A stretch of DNA of 64,000 nucleotides from contig CAXXLF010000002.1 in assembly GCA_963664015.2 (NCBI GenBank), positions 1,952,001-2,016,000 of the forward strand, read 5' to 3'. A program made the position numbers and the translations under genes. Source of the stretch: Candidatus Binatia bacterium (GTDB taxonomy: Bacteria > Desulfobacterota > Binatia > UBA9968 > CAXXLF01). Position 1 is the stretch's first letter. Each line of letters begins with the position of its first letter. Shown piece by piece: positions 9,589-19,719 of the stretch. The notes below the pieces were generated by a model. It searched no databases. It saw only the letters and a program-made list of their open reading frames with translations, and was not told where the DNA came from.

Positions 9589-10905
9589 TTATGGTTTTCT
9601 AGCCTCTTCGAACCTTATCTTAACAATTCGTTGCCCCTCCATATCCACGATGGTGAGCCTGTAGTTGTCGTGCTCCACTCGTTCCCCGCCCCGGGGGATC
9701 CGCTTCAACTTGCCCAGCACGAAACCGGCCAGGGTGTGGTACTCGGGGGATTCTTCGAAGGGAATCCCGTAATCGGAGCGCAGGTCCTTGAGCAGGGCCG
9801 AACCTTGAATGACCAGGGAGCCGTCGGGCAGGCGGTCCACCGGGCCCCGCTCTTCGGCGTCATACTCGTCGCGGATTTCGCCTACAATCTCTTCTAACAG
9901 GTCCTCGATGGTGGCCAGTCCTTCGACCTCACCGAATTCATTAACTACAATGGCCATCGCGATTCTTTTGCGCTGCAGGTCTTTTAGAAACTGACTAATG
10001 GGGAGAGATCCGGGGATAAAAAAGGGCGGGTGCAGGTGATCCTGTATCTCGAAAGTCTCCTTTTCTTGCAGCGCGCGGAAGAGATCTTTGTGGTACAGGA
10101 TGCCGAGAATGTGGTCCATCGTCTCATCGTAAACCGGAATGCGAGAGAAGCCACTTTCCACGAAGCTCTTGAGCACATCATCGGGAGGTGTCTTGATATC
10201 GAGGGCGTGGATCTCGGTCCTGGGAACCATGACCGCCTTGACCGGAGTGTCGACGAATTCAAAGACGCTATGAATAAGCTCCTTTTCGGTTTCGTCGAAG
10301 ATTCCCGTAGCGGCGCCCTCCCGGATCAAGGACTTCACCTCCTCTTCCGAGACAAAGCTGGTTCCGGTGCCATCTTTGCCACCACCAAAGAGCCAGAGCA
10401 CCAGGTTGCTCGAACCGGTAAGCGTACTGACGAGAAAAGAGGTCATTCTGGCGAGGAGGTCGATGGGCCGAGCCACGAAGAAGGCGATCTGCTCTGAGAA
10501 TCGCAGGGCCAGCGACTTGGGGACTAATTCACCTAAGACCAGGGAAAAGTATGCGATGGGAATCACGACGGTCATAATGGAGATGGATTTCGCCGAATCG
10601 GCAAGCCATGGCAGATCCAAGGATGTGATTATGGGTGTAAGAAATTCCACTGCAGCAGCACCACCGATGGCAGAGGCCAGCGTCCCAACGATCGTGATAC
10701 CGATCTGAACCGTGGCCAGGAAGCGATCCGGGTCGTCCTTCAGCCGAGCAACTACGGCTGCGGAACCGACTCCCTTTTCCAGTAGCGCATCAATCCGTGT
10801 TTTACGGGTTGCAATGATTGCGATCTCGGAAGCCGCAAAAAAGCCATTGGCCAAAATCAGGCCAAAGATTAGCATCGCTACGAGCCAAAAGCTCTCTAGG
10901 AACAT
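9589..10905 (-). CDS. Hemolysin-family CNNM/CBS/CorC transporter-associated protein
   Basis: 'NGFFAASEIA', 'LATVQIGIT', 'LGELVPKSLA', CBS 'FSRIPVY', 'EDLLEEIVGEIRDEYD', CorC_HlyC tail. Confidence 0.93.
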   Translation of the reverse strand: MFLESFWLVAMLIFGLILANGFFAASEIAIIATRKTRIDALLEKGVGSAAVVARLKDDPDRFLATVQIGITIVGTLASAIGGAAAVEFLTPIITSLDLPWLADSAKSISIMTVVIPIAYFSLVLGELVPKSLALRFSEQIAFFVARPIDLLARMTSFLVSTLTGSSNLVLWLFGGGKDGTGTSFVSEEEVKSLIREGAATGIFDETEKELIHSVFEFVDTPVKAVMVPRTEIHALDIKTPPDDVLKSFVESGFSRIPVYDETMDHILGILYHKDLFRALQEKETFEIQDHLHPPFFIPGSLPISQFLKDLQRKRIAMAIVVNEFGEVEGLATIEDLLEEIVGEIRDEYDAEERGPVDRLPDGSLVIQGSALLKDLRSDYGIPFEESPEYHTLAGFVLGKLKRIPRGGERVEHDNYRLTIVDMEGQRIVKIRFEEARKP

Positions 10906-11089
10906 AGAAAGGTCTCCTGTTGTTTGGGTAGAAAATCGGGGCTTGAAGATTGATTGGGGTCCACGTGAGGTCTGTGTGGAACAGCTAGGGTGGCTCCACT
11001 CACCTATATATTAAAATCTATGTCTCTAGAGGGGGAAAAACAAGTCCTTTATTCTGGCCCTATGGACTTGAAGGAAGTATGATAGTCCG

Positions 11090-13318
11090 ATGGACCCCAA
11101 AGGTGGCGCCAACAAAGGGCTTTTTCCGGTTGAGAAAAACCGCTCCCCCATTTCCGGAGAGCGAACAACCGTGCGCGGGACGATTGCCAGAATCACCTAC
11201 CAGAACCCCCAGGGCTCCTATACGGTTGCCCGCCTTGAGGGTGATGGCGTCCAGGGTGTCACCGTTGTAGGCGGTCTCTCTCCCGTCAGTGAAGGGGAAG
11301 AGATCCTTGCCAGCGGTCTTTGGAAGGTCCATCCCCGCTACGGTCTTCAATTTCAGGTGGAGCAGTGGCAGAAGCTCGAACCCGCGACCTTAGAGGGAAT
11401 GGAAAAGTACCTGGGTTCGGGTTTGATCAAAGGGCTGGGGCCGACATTCGCGCGACGCCTCGTTTCTCGTTTCGGCCTCGACACCTTGAGGGTTATCTCC
11501 CAAGAGCCCCGCCGCTTGCTCGAAGTGGAAGGCATCGGCAGGGGCCGCTGGAATAAAATTCTTCAGGCATGGGAGAAAGAAAAAGGCACACAAGAGGTCA
11601 TGGTTTTTCTCCAGGGCCACGGGGTCAGCAGCGCTTTTGCCATCAGGATCTATCGGGCTCTTGGCAGCGAGACCATTTCCAAGGTGAGAACCGACCCTTA
11701 CTGCCTGGCCTATGAAGTTCATGGCATCGGATTTCTTATGGCGGACCGAATTGCTGATGGATTGGGAATTGCTCGCGACGCCCCGCTGAGAATCCAGGCC
11801 GGGGTTCTGCACGTGCTGCAAAAGTTCTCCGAGCAAGGCCATTGCTTTGTCCCTCTGGAATCGCTCAAATCAAATGCCATCGCTCTTTTAGGTGCAGAAA
11901 TAGAAGAGCAGAGCGTGGCCGAGGCTGTCCAAGCGCTCACCGCCGCCGACCGAATTGTCTTGGAACGATCTCCTACGGAAAACGTTGAACGGGTGTACCC
12001 GCGCCTACTGCATCAGACGGAGGTCGGCATAGCCGAGTCCATCCGCAAGCTGCTTGCCACCGGCTCTTGCCTCTCGCCCGGACAGGCACGGGCCCTGGAA
12101 CGGGGTTACACCTCCAAAGATCTCTTGCTCGACGAGAAACAGCTGGAGGCGATTAGGCAGGCCATTAACCAAAAGGTCTCGATTATCACGGGGGGACCGG
12201 GAACAGGTAAGACAACCCTCTTGATTCATCTCCTGGGCCAATTCCGCGACTGCAAGGTATCCTTTGCCCTTGCCGCACCTACCGGGAGGGCGGCCAAGCG
12301 AATGGGTGAGATGACCGGAGAGCAGGCCAAGACGATCCATCGGCTGCTCGAATACCATCCCCACGGCGGGGGGTTCCAGCGTCGGGCAAAGGAGCCTTTG
12401 GACGTCGATGTGGTTATTATTGATGAGGCCTCTATGGTGGATTTGGTCCTCATGGATCATTTGCTTAGGGCGATCAGACCTCAGAGTCATCTAATTCTCA
12501 TCGGTGATGTAGACCAGCTCCGTTCGGTTGGCCCCGGCCAGGTGCTGAGGGATATGATTGAATCCGGGGTTGTCCCCATGGTCGTGCTCAGCCGTATCTT
12601 TCGCCAGGCCGGTGAGAGCTCGATCGTTGTCAATGCTCATAGGATCCTCAAGGGGGAGCCCCTCTTGCTGGAGAATGAAAAGAACAATCCTGATTTTGTT
12701 TTTCTTCCGCGGGAAAGTCAGGAAGAGATACTTGAAACGTTGAAAGAGTTGATCAAGGAACGTATCCCGCGCCTGTTCCCGGTGGCACCGAACCAGGCCG
12801 TTCAAGTTTTAAGTCCAATGAACCGGGGCCTCTTAGGCACTATCCATCTCAACCAGGAACTCCAGGACCTTTTGAACCCGAAGGGGCAGCCCGTTTACCG
12901 TAGTGGGGGGCTGTTCCGACTGGGGGATAAGGTGATGCAGTTACGTAACAACTACGAAAAAGGAGTTTTCAACGGTGACCTGGGATGGATTACGCACGTT
13001 CACAGGGAAGTAGACGAGGTTGCCGTCGAATTTGACGGAGCTAAGATTCGTTACGGTTTCGATGAACTTGACCAACTGGGACTCGCCTACGCAACCTCTG
13101 TCCATAAGAGTCAGGGAAGCGAGTACCCGGGGGTCGTAATTCCCCTCCATACGACCCACTACCCCATGCTGCACCGAAGTATTCTCTACACCGCAGTGAC
13201 GCGGGGCAAGCAACTGGTGGTGCTTGTTGGGAGCAAGAAGGCCCTATGGATGGCCATCCGGAATGCTCGAGTCGAAGGTCGATTTACCGGACTCGATGAA
13301 AAGCTGAGCATAAGCTAA
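11090..13318 (+). CDS. recD2: ATP-dependent RecD2-like DNA helicase
   Basis: HhH region 'YLGSGLIKGLG', Walker A 'GGPGTGKTT', 'APTGRAAKR', 'DEASM', 'YATSVHKSQGSEY', 'YTAVTRGK'. Confidence 0.95.
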   Translation: MDPKGGANKGLFPVEKNRSPISGERTTVRGTIARITYQNPQGSYTVARLEGDGVQGVTVVGGLSPVSEGEEILASGLWKVHPRYGLQFQVEQWQKLEPATLEGMEKYLGSGLIKGLGPTFARRLVSRFGLDTLRVISQEPRRLLEVEGIGRGRWNKILQAWEKEKGTQEVMVFLQGHGVSSAFAIRIYRALGSETISKVRTDPYCLAYEVHGIGFLMADRIADGLGIARDAPLRIQAGVLHVLQKFSEQGHCFVPLESLKSNAIALLGAEIEEQSVAEAVQALTAADRIVLERSPTENVERVYPRLLHQTEVGIAESIRKLLATGSCLSPGQARALERGYTSKDLLLDEKQLEAIRQAINQKVSIITGGPGTGKTTLLIHLLGQFRDCKVSFALAAPTGRAAKRMGEMTGEQAKTIHRLLEYHPHGGGFQRRAKEPLDVDVVIIDEASMVDLVLMDHLLRAIRPQSHLILIGDVDQLRSVGPGQVLRDMIESGVVPMVVLSRIFRQAGESSIVVNAHRILKGEPLLLENEKNNPDFVFLPRESQEEILETLKELIKERIPRLFPVAPNQAVQVLSPMNRGLLGTIHLNQELQDLLNPKGQPVYRSGGLFRLGDKVMQLRNNYEKGVFNGDLGWITHVHREVDEVAVEFDGAKIRYGFDELDQLGLAYATSVHKSQGSEYPGVVIPLHTTHYPMLHRSILYTAVTRGKQLVVLVGSKKALWMAIRNARVEGRFTGLDEKLSIS

Positions 13319-13472
13319 AAGAGTTGTTTCTTCTTGCCGGGGACACCCCGTTTGACCGAAAACGATTCATGAAAAATACTTTGTTTCGATACGCCCTTCG
13401 CCGGCCTATCAGCGCCGGGTCGTGAGGGCATATCTGACAAGTAGGGCAGAATGAGAATCGCCCTAGCTCGGT

Positions 13473-14555
13473 TCAATAGGGTTCGAAGTTTCTCAATGCC
13501 GGGATTACCTCTCTGCCGAACAGGGTGATCGATCGCATCAAATCTGCTTCGAGCATGGCACCGACATTGAACTCACAAAGGATCGTGTTGAATAACCCAT
13601 CCCGGGCGGCCGCGGATAGCCTTTGGGCCACCGTATCCGGGGCCCCCACAAAGATCAGGTTTCGCTCCAGTAGGTAATCTATGTTGGTCAAATTCCGGGC
13701 GATCTCGGCCGCCCCCAGCTCCCCCCGTTTCTCATAGTTCTCAGCCAGTTTTAGGTATGGAGGCATCGTGTCGGTACCGCGCGTACCGAAGACCTTGGTG
13801 AAACAGTGAAGCAAGTGGGAGGTTAGAGTGTCCTTTGCCCGTTGGTCCGTCTCATCCACATAGACCAGTGTCCAGTAGCCGATGTTGGGCTTGCCCTTGT
13901 GGTTGGATTGCTGCCACAGGCTGAGATAGTCGCGGTAGCGTGGGACCACGTCTTCACGAGGCATGAAGAGAAGGTATCCCGTATGGACTCCCTCTCGAGC
14001 TAGCACCTGGAGGGTTTCCCGGTCGCGCGACTGCATCCATAGTGGAGGGTGCGGCTTTTGGATGGGCTTTACGGAAAGTTGAATATCTCGATACTGATGG
14101 AAAGGCCCGTGGAAGCTAAATTTCCCGCCCGAGGTAAAAGCGGTTTTTACCAGATCCAGACCTTCGTGGGTTAGGGCCCTACGATTCTGGAAATCGGCCT
14201 TGTAGGGTTGAAAAAAATCAGGGACGATACCCGATACCAAACCGAGTTCCAGACGCCCGTGCAGAATGTGATCCAGCATGGCGGCTTCTTCGACGATGCG
14301 AATGGGATCATACAGAGGTACCGTGTAACCCATAGGACCCAAGCGAAGCCGGCGGGTATGAGCTGCCGCCCCTGTACAGTATATGGGAGGCGAGGTCATC
14401 CAACTTTCATGGGGGTTAAAGTGGTGCTCGACGGAGAAGCCGAAATCGAATCCCAAATCATCGCAGAGCTTGAGTTCACGCCAGAGTTGATCGTAGCGCT
14501 CGGATGGCACCATACCTGGCTTGTTCCAGACATGGGAAAAATGGGCAAATTTCAT
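13473..14555 (-). CDS. LLM-class flavin-dependent oxidoreductase
   Basis: MKFAHFSHVW; 'VEHHF', 'DPIRIVEEAAMLDH', 'KPIQKPHPPLW'. Divergent from the cof operon. Confidence 0.9.
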   Translation of the reverse strand: MKFAHFSHVWNKPGMVPSERYDQLWRELKLCDDLGFDFGFSVEHHFNPHESWMTSPPIYCTGAAAHTRRLRLGPMGYTVPLYDPIRIVEEAAMLDHILHGRLELGLVSGIVPDFFQPYKADFQNRRALTHEGLDLVKTAFTSGGKFSFHGPFHQYRDIQLSVKPIQKPHPPLWMQSRDRETLQVLAREGVHTGYLLFMPREDVVPRYRDYLSLWQQSNHKGKPNIGYWTLVYVDETDQRAKDTLTSHLLHCFTKVFGTRGTDTMPPYLKLAENYEKRGELGAAEIARNLTNIDYLLERNLIFVGAPDTVAQRLSAAARDGLFNTILCEFNVGAMLEADLMRSITLFGREVIPALRNFEPY

Positions 14556-14807
14556 GGTCTCAGTCCATACCAAGGAATGGTAGTTTCTGTCCAGCCTGAG
14601 TGAGTGAATTTCGGAAAGGGAGCCCGCGATGGCAGACTGGTCAGTCCATTTTGCGTTGGGGATCCTTGGCCAAGGGCGGGTAAAAACAACGAGCTACTTA
14701 CCGCGGGACCCGTCTTTTCTTTAAGGGCTTATCGCCGATTGAATCGGCAACGGTCCATCGCTCACCATCGGTTGACCTGGGACTTACGATCAGTTATTCA
14801 AGCAGGG

Positions 14808-16001
14808 ATGATTCGTTCTATCTTAGCCGAGTGTCGTCAGGGTAAGCCTCTCGAAAAGGCTGAGGCCCTCCTGCTTTCCTCTGTAAAAGGAGAGGAGTTC
14901 TCTTTACTGCTTGAGGTGGCTGCTGTGTTGCGCGACTGTCATAAAGGCAAGGTCGCTACTTTCTCTCCCAAGGTCTTTATTCCGCTGACCAATCTATGCC
15001 GTGATTTTTGCGGTTACTGTACCTTTCGGAGGGCTCCCGATGAACCCGGGGCGCACACCCTGACTCTCGACGAAGTGCTGAAGATTGCCCAGCAGGGAAG
15101 GATCATGGGTTGCACTGAGGTTCTTTTCAGTCTCGGGGACAGACCCGAGGCCATCTACGCTGAGATGCGGGAGTTTTTGGCCGAGAAAGGATACCGTCGG
15201 ACCCTGGACTACCTCTTTGAAGCCTGCAAGACCGTGCTTGAGGAAACTGGACTCCTGCCTCATTCCAACGCAGGCCTTATTGGACGCAAAGACCTCGCCA
15301 GCCTGCGTGACGTCAATGTCAGTCTGGGTCTCATGTTGGAAAATATCAGCCAGCGTCTGTCCCAACCCTGGGGACCCCATTTCAACGCTCCGGATAAGAA
15401 GCCGTCACTACGGGTCAAGACCATCGAAGAAGCCGGAAAGCTCCGAATCCCATTCACGACCGGTCTCCTGATTGGGATCGGCGAGAATTGGGCCGAGCGG
15501 ATCGATTCCCTCTTGAAGATCCGGGAGCTGCATAGGCATTACGGTCATGTTCAGGAGATCATTGTCCAAAATTTTCGTCCCAAGCCAGCGACACCCATGG
15601 GGGATTGGCCGGAACCTGCCATGGATGAGGTGGTCAAGACCATCGCTTTGGCGCGTTTGATCCTGGGTGGGGAGATGAACATCCAAGCGCCGCCGAACCT
15701 CAACCCAAATAGCTACGAGACCTATCTTGCGGCTGGGATCAATGACTGGGGTGGGGTTTCTCCGGTAACGGTGGATCACATCAATCCGGAGGCGCCGTGG
15801 CCGACCCTCGAGACGTTATACCGGAAATCATCCCAGGCTGGGTTTGTGTTACGTGCGCGGCTCCCCGTGTATCCCGAGTTTATTCGTGCACGGCAAGAGT
15901 TCATCGCACCGGGTCTCTGGCCCTACGTGGAGCGCCTTTGCGGTGCCGACGGCTTGGTAAAAGGAGAGGAAAACTATGCATCAGTTGCTGGCGCCCTTTG
16001 A
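14808..16001 (+). CDS. cofG: FO synthase subunit CofG (radical SAM)
   Basis: 'TFSPKVFIPLTNLCRDFCGYCTF', 'PFTTGLLIGIGE', 'IQAPPNL', 'GINDWGGVSPVTVDHINPEAPWP'. Confidence 0.95.
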   Translation: MIRSILAECRQGKPLEKAEALLLSSVKGEEFSLLLEVAAVLRDCHKGKVATFSPKVFIPLTNLCRDFCGYCTFRRAPDEPGAHTLTLDEVLKIAQQGRIMGCTEVLFSLGDRPEAIYAEMREFLAEKGYRRTLDYLFEACKTVLEETGLLPHSNAGLIGRKDLASLRDVNVSLGLMLENISQRLSQPWGPHFNAPDKKPSLRVKTIEEAGKLRIPFTTGLLIGIGENWAERIDSLLKIRELHRHYGHVQEIIVQNFRPKPATPMGDWPEPAMDEVVKTIALARLILGGEMNIQAPPNLNPNSYETYLAAGINDWGGVSPVTVDHINPEAPWPTLETLYRKSSQAGFVLRARLPVYPEFIRARQEFIAPGLWPYVERLCGADGLVKGEENYASVAGAL

Positions 16002-17226
16002 TACGGCTGATCCTGAACATAGAGTCGAGCAGCTCCTTCCCCGGGTGCAACCAGCCCTCAGGCGGATCTTGGACCGGGCTCTTCAAGGCTATGAAATTGG
16101 AGAACGGGAAGGGCTTGTCCTATGCCGAGTGGAGGGGCACGAACTGGCGGCCTTGGCCGCGACGGCCGACCTTTTGCGCCGGCGAAAGGTTGGGGATCGG
16201 GTGACCTATGTGGTCTGCCGTAACATCAACTTTACTAACGTCTGCTATGTCGGTTGCAAGTTCTGCGCTTTTAGCACCGGGCCCTACGGGGCCGATGCCT
16301 GGAATTATCCCTTAGAGGAAGTGGGGCGTCGGGCGGAGGAGGCCTGGAACAGAGGAGCTACCGAGGTCTGTATGCAGGGAGGCTTACCTCGAGGTATGGC
16401 CCCCGGATATTACCGGGATCTCCTCAGCGCGATAAAAACCCGCGTCCCGCGTCTTCACATCCATGCCTATTCGCCTATGGAAGTAACCTACGGCGTCGAG
16501 CTAACGGGCCTATCTATGGAAGAGTACCTCAAGGATCTTCGTGAGGCGGGCCTGGGCAGTCTACCCGGAACGGCGGCAGAGATCCTGGACGATAACGTGC
16601 GTATGGTCCTTTCAAAAAACAAGGTCAGTGTGGCCCAATGGGTCAAGGTGATTACCACGGCCCATCGGCTGGGGATCCCGACCACTGCAACCATGATGTA
16701 TGGCCACAGGGAAACCGGTGAACACTGGGTCCGGCACATACTGCTGCTCAGGGAGATTCAGAAGGAGACCGGGGGTTTTACCGAGTTTGTTCCATTGGGG
16801 TTTGTTCATCAAAATACTGCCCTGTACCAGCAGGGGCTGGCTCGGCCCGGGCCCACAACAGCCGAGCACATCCGTGTCCATGCCCTCGCACGGATTTTGT
16901 TGAACGACTGGATTCCCAACCTACAGGTCTCATGGGTGAAGATAGGACGGAGGATGTCCCAGTTGTGTTTGCGCTCAGGGGCCAATGACTTCGGCGGTAC
17001 GCTAATGGAAGAGAGCATCTCACGACTGGCGGGATCGGAAGAGGGACAGATGATGTGGCCCTATGAGTTTCGAAACCTGACCTGGGAGATAGACCGGATT
17101 CCCGCGCAACGGTCCACCACATATGCCATCGTGCACAGTTGGGGGGAGAAGCCCCAACCCGCAGGCGTTGAGTCGCCACGGGAGTTCGAAGCTCCAGACT
17201 TGGACCGCGAGTTGTGCGGGCTTTAG
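15976..17226 (+). CDS. cofH: FO synthase subunit CofH (radical SAM)
   Basis: 'RNINFTNVCYVGCKFCAF', 'PGTAAEILDD', 'TATMMYGH', 'FTEFVPL', 'GANDFGGTLMEESISR'; overlaps cofG. Confidence 0.94.
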   Translation: MHQLLAPFDTADPEHRVEQLLPRVQPALRRILDRALQGYEIGEREGLVLCRVEGHELAALAATADLLRRRKVGDRVTYVVCRNINFTNVCYVGCKFCAFSTGPYGADAWNYPLEEVGRRAEEAWNRGATEVCMQGGLPRGMAPGYYRDLLSAIKTRVPRLHIHAYSPMEVTYGVELTGLSMEEYLKDLREAGLGSLPGTAAEILDDNVRMVLSKNKVSVAQWVKVITTAHRLGIPTTATMMYGHRETGEHWVRHILLLREIQKETGGFTEFVPLGFVHQNTALYQQGLARPGPTTAEHIRVHALARILLNDWIPNLQVSWVKIGRRMSQLCLRSGANDFGGTLMEESISRLAGSEEGQMMWPYEFRNLTWEIDRIPAQRSTTYAIVHSWGEKPQPAGVESPREFEAPDLDRELCGL

Positions 17227-17229
17227 AGA

Positions 17230-18150
17230 ATGATTGTTGTCCTTACGGGAGGGACCGGGGGGGCCAAACTCGTTGAGGGTTTGTATCTTGAGCTCGATCC
17301 CAATGATCTCCTGGTCATTTGCAATACGGCCGATGACCTCGAGGTCCACGGTCTCTATGTGGCTCCCGACCTGGACACTGTGGTGTATACCTTGGCGGGG
17401 ATCGTGGATCGGGCCAAGGGTTGGGGAATCCAGTCAGAGACCTTCACCACGTTGCAGCGCCTCGGCCAACTTGGAGAGGAAACCTGGTTCCGACTGGGGG
17501 ACCAAGACCTGGCGACCCATCTGGTCCGCAACCGCCTCTTGAATCAGGGGCAAACCCTGGCTCAGGTGACGGCCCGGTTCACCAAGATGTTGGGTATCGG
17601 AGCCCAAATTCTCCCTATGTCCAATGATCGGGTAGAGACCCGAGTGAAGACACACAAGGGAGAGATCTCCTTTCAGGAGTATTTTGTCAGGGACGGTTGG
17701 GGAGATTCGGTAGAAGGGCTGGCCTTGGTTGGAGTCGAACGGAGCCGGCCTGCACCGGGTATTTTGGAAGCAATCGGGAACGCCAATGGGGTTATCCTCT
17801 GCCCGAGCAATCCAGCTACCAGCATTGGCCCGATTCTGGCGGTTCCCGGGATTCGGGAGGCCCTCAGGGAGGTCCAGGCCCCCATCGTTGCCGTGAGTCC
17901 CATAGTGCAGCAGAGGCCTTTTAGCGGCCCGGCGCATAAGTTGATGGCGCACCTCGGTATGGAAGTGTCTTCCTTTGGAGTCGCTCATGCCTACAGGGAC
18001 TTCCTGGATCTAATGGTCATTGCCAAGGAGGACAGCGAATTGATAGAAAGGATCGGGACATTGGGAATTCAAGCCAGAGCTACGTTGATTGGCATGGAAA
18101 AAACAGAAGACAAAAAACGCCTGGCACAGGAATTACTGACCTTGCTTTGA
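17230..18150 (+). CDS. cofD: 2-phospho-L-lactate transferase
   Basis: 'LTGGTGGAK', 'PDLDTVVYTLAG', 'WFRLGDQDLATH', 'FQEYFV', 'PSNPATSIGPIL', 'SGPA'. Confidence 0.96.
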   Translation: MIVVLTGGTGGAKLVEGLYLELDPNDLLVICNTADDLEVHGLYVAPDLDTVVYTLAGIVDRAKGWGIQSETFTTLQRLGQLGEETWFRLGDQDLATHLVRNRLLNQGQTLAQVTARFTKMLGIGAQILPMSNDRVETRVKTHKGEISFQEYFVRDGWGDSVEGLALVGVERSRPAPGILEAIGNANGVILCPSNPATSIGPILAVPGIREALREVQAPIVAVSPIVQQRPFSGPAHKLMAHLGMEVSSFGVAHAYRDFLDLMVIAKEDSELIERIGTLGIQARATLIGMEKTEDKKRLAQELLTLL

Positions 18151-18297
18151 TCCGCCTTCGCAGAAGACCATGGGCGTAAGCCCATGGATGAATGCGAGGG
18201 TCGGACCCTCCGAAGCTAAATCAGTGAAGGAGGGTGCTTCGGCGGATTCCGCCGAAGAAATGATGGATACCACGGGCGTAAGCCCGTGGAGGCTACA
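18151..18297. repeat. Mosaic of REP/IS200-IS605-end-like hairpins inside the cof operon
   Basis: CCATGGGC-GTAA-GCCCATGG (18168-18187), GAGGGTC-G-GACCCTC (18196-18210), CTTCGGCGGA-T-TCCGCCGAAG (18237-18257), CCACGGGC-GTAA-GCCCGTGG (18270-18289). Confidence 0.75.
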
Positions 18298-18299
18298 TT

Positions 18300-18950
18300 A
18301 TGAAGACAGCCGTATTGGTTCCAGCCAAGGGGTTCGCCAAAGCAAAGAGGAGACTAGCCCCCGTCCTTAGCCAGTGGCAACGCAGGGACTTGGCCGAGTC
18401 AATGTTTCGCCGGGTGCTGCAACAAGTGGGATGGGCGAGGGGAGTTGACGCGACCTTTGTTGTGACTCGAGATGGAGAAGTGGAGGGATTGGCCCACTCG
18501 TTAGGGGCTCAGGTGATTTCAGAACACCAGGAAAGGGGCGAGTCTTATGCGGTGAGTTTTGCTCTTGGCGCACTAGTCCAAAAAGGGTTCCGAGCTGTTT
18601 TGGTCCTTCCCGGTGATCTTCCGTTATTACACTCCGTTGACGTTGAAACGATCCTGAATCAGCTCCCAAAGGGAACACCGGATTCTCCCTTCGCCTTATT
18701 GGTTCCTTCGTGGGATCGGATGGGGACCAATGCCCTTTTGCTCTCGCCGCCCCATGTGATCCATCCCCGATTCGGTTGCGACAGTTTCTGTGCTCATTTG
18801 GCTCAGATTGCTTCCAAGGGGGTTCCCTTTAAAATTGTCGAGAACCGACGGATTGCCTTAGACATTGATGAACCCAACGATCTCAAACATGTTCGGCAAT
18901 CAGGCATTGATGGCGGTCGCTGCTGCGGGCAGATTCTAACCAACATCTAG
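18300..18950 (+). CDS. cofC: 2-phospho-L-lactate/PEP guanylyltransferase
   Basis: 'LVPAKGFAKAKRRLA', 'PGDLPLL', 'GTNALL', 'FGCDSF..H', 'LDIDEPNDL'. Confidence 0.93.
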   Translation: MKTAVLVPAKGFAKAKRRLAPVLSQWQRRDLAESMFRRVLQQVGWARGVDATFVVTRDGEVEGLAHSLGAQVISEHQERGESYAVSFALGALVQKGFRAVLVLPGDLPLLHSVDVETILNQLPKGTPDSPFALLVPSWDRMGTNALLLSPPHVIHPRFGCDSFCAHLAQIASKGVPFKIVENRRIALDIDEPNDLKHVRQSGIDGGRCCGQILTNI

Positions 18951-18953
18951 AGT

Positions 18954-19709
18954 ATGAAACGACTGGAAATTATGGGCCTCGACGGGATCGGCGAGGTCGA
19001 GCGGGGTAACTCAATTGGCAGGTTGATTCACGACAGCTGTCTCCGTCTCGGTATCGACCTAGCGGCCGGAGACATCGTGGTGATCGCCCAGAAAGTCGTT
19101 TCTAAAGCCGAAGGACAAGTGGTTCGATTGGAGGACATCCATCCCTCGCCCCGTGCCGAGGAACTCTCCCGTGAGTTGGCCAAGGATCCACGTTTGGTCG
19201 AGCTGATCCTTAGCGAGAGTCGTCGTGTTGTCAAGACCGGTAGAGGAACCATTATTGTGGAGACCCATCACGGCTTTATCTGTGCCAACGCCGGGGTGGA
19301 TCTTTCCAATGTCGGGGTGGGGCTCGTCGCGCTGTTGCCTCGTGACCCGGACCGATCGGCGGCACGAGTTAGAGAAGAAATCAGGGTGCTTTGCGGAGTC
19401 GCCCCTGGAGTAGTCATCAGTGACTCCTTCGGACGACCCTGGCGGCTGGGAACGACTGATGTAGCGTTAGGGGTTGCCGGAATAGAGCCGTTGAAGGATT
19501 ATCGGGGCGAGACCGATCCTTACGGTTATGAGCTCCGAGCGTCCCTGACGGCTTTAGGAGACGAGGTGGCTTCGGCTGCTAGCCTGGCCATGGGTAAAAA
19601 GAATCAAATCCCTGTGGTACTGATCCGCGGCTGTGACGTCGGTCAGGGTTCAGGGTCGGGGCAAGGACTGTTGCGCCCTAAAGCGCACGACCTCTTTCGT
19701 GGACTATGA
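18954..19709 (+). CDS. cofE: Coenzyme F420:L-glutamate ligase (standalone, no nitroreductase domain)
   Basis: 'QKVVSKAEG', 'GFICANAGVDLSN', 'DSFGRPWRLG', 'DEVASAASL'. Confidence 0.95.
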   Translation: MKRLEIMGLDGIGEVERGNSIGRLIHDSCLRLGIDLAAGDIVVIAQKVVSKAEGQVVRLEDIHPSPRAEELSRELAKDPRLVELILSESRRVVKTGRGTIIVETHHGFICANAGVDLSNVGVGLVALLPRDPDRSAARVREEIRVLCGVAPGVVISDSFGRPWRLGTTDVALGVAGIEPLKDYRGETDPYGYELRASLTALGDEVASAASLAMGKKNQIPVVLIRGCDVGQGSGSGQGLLRPKAHDLFRGL

Positions 19710-19719
19710 GGATGAGTTA

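Noticed and set aside
14604-14807. Riboswitch or N-terminal extension upstream of cofG
   Set aside because: Only short palindromes with no known aptamer consensus, and the extension has no CofG similarity.
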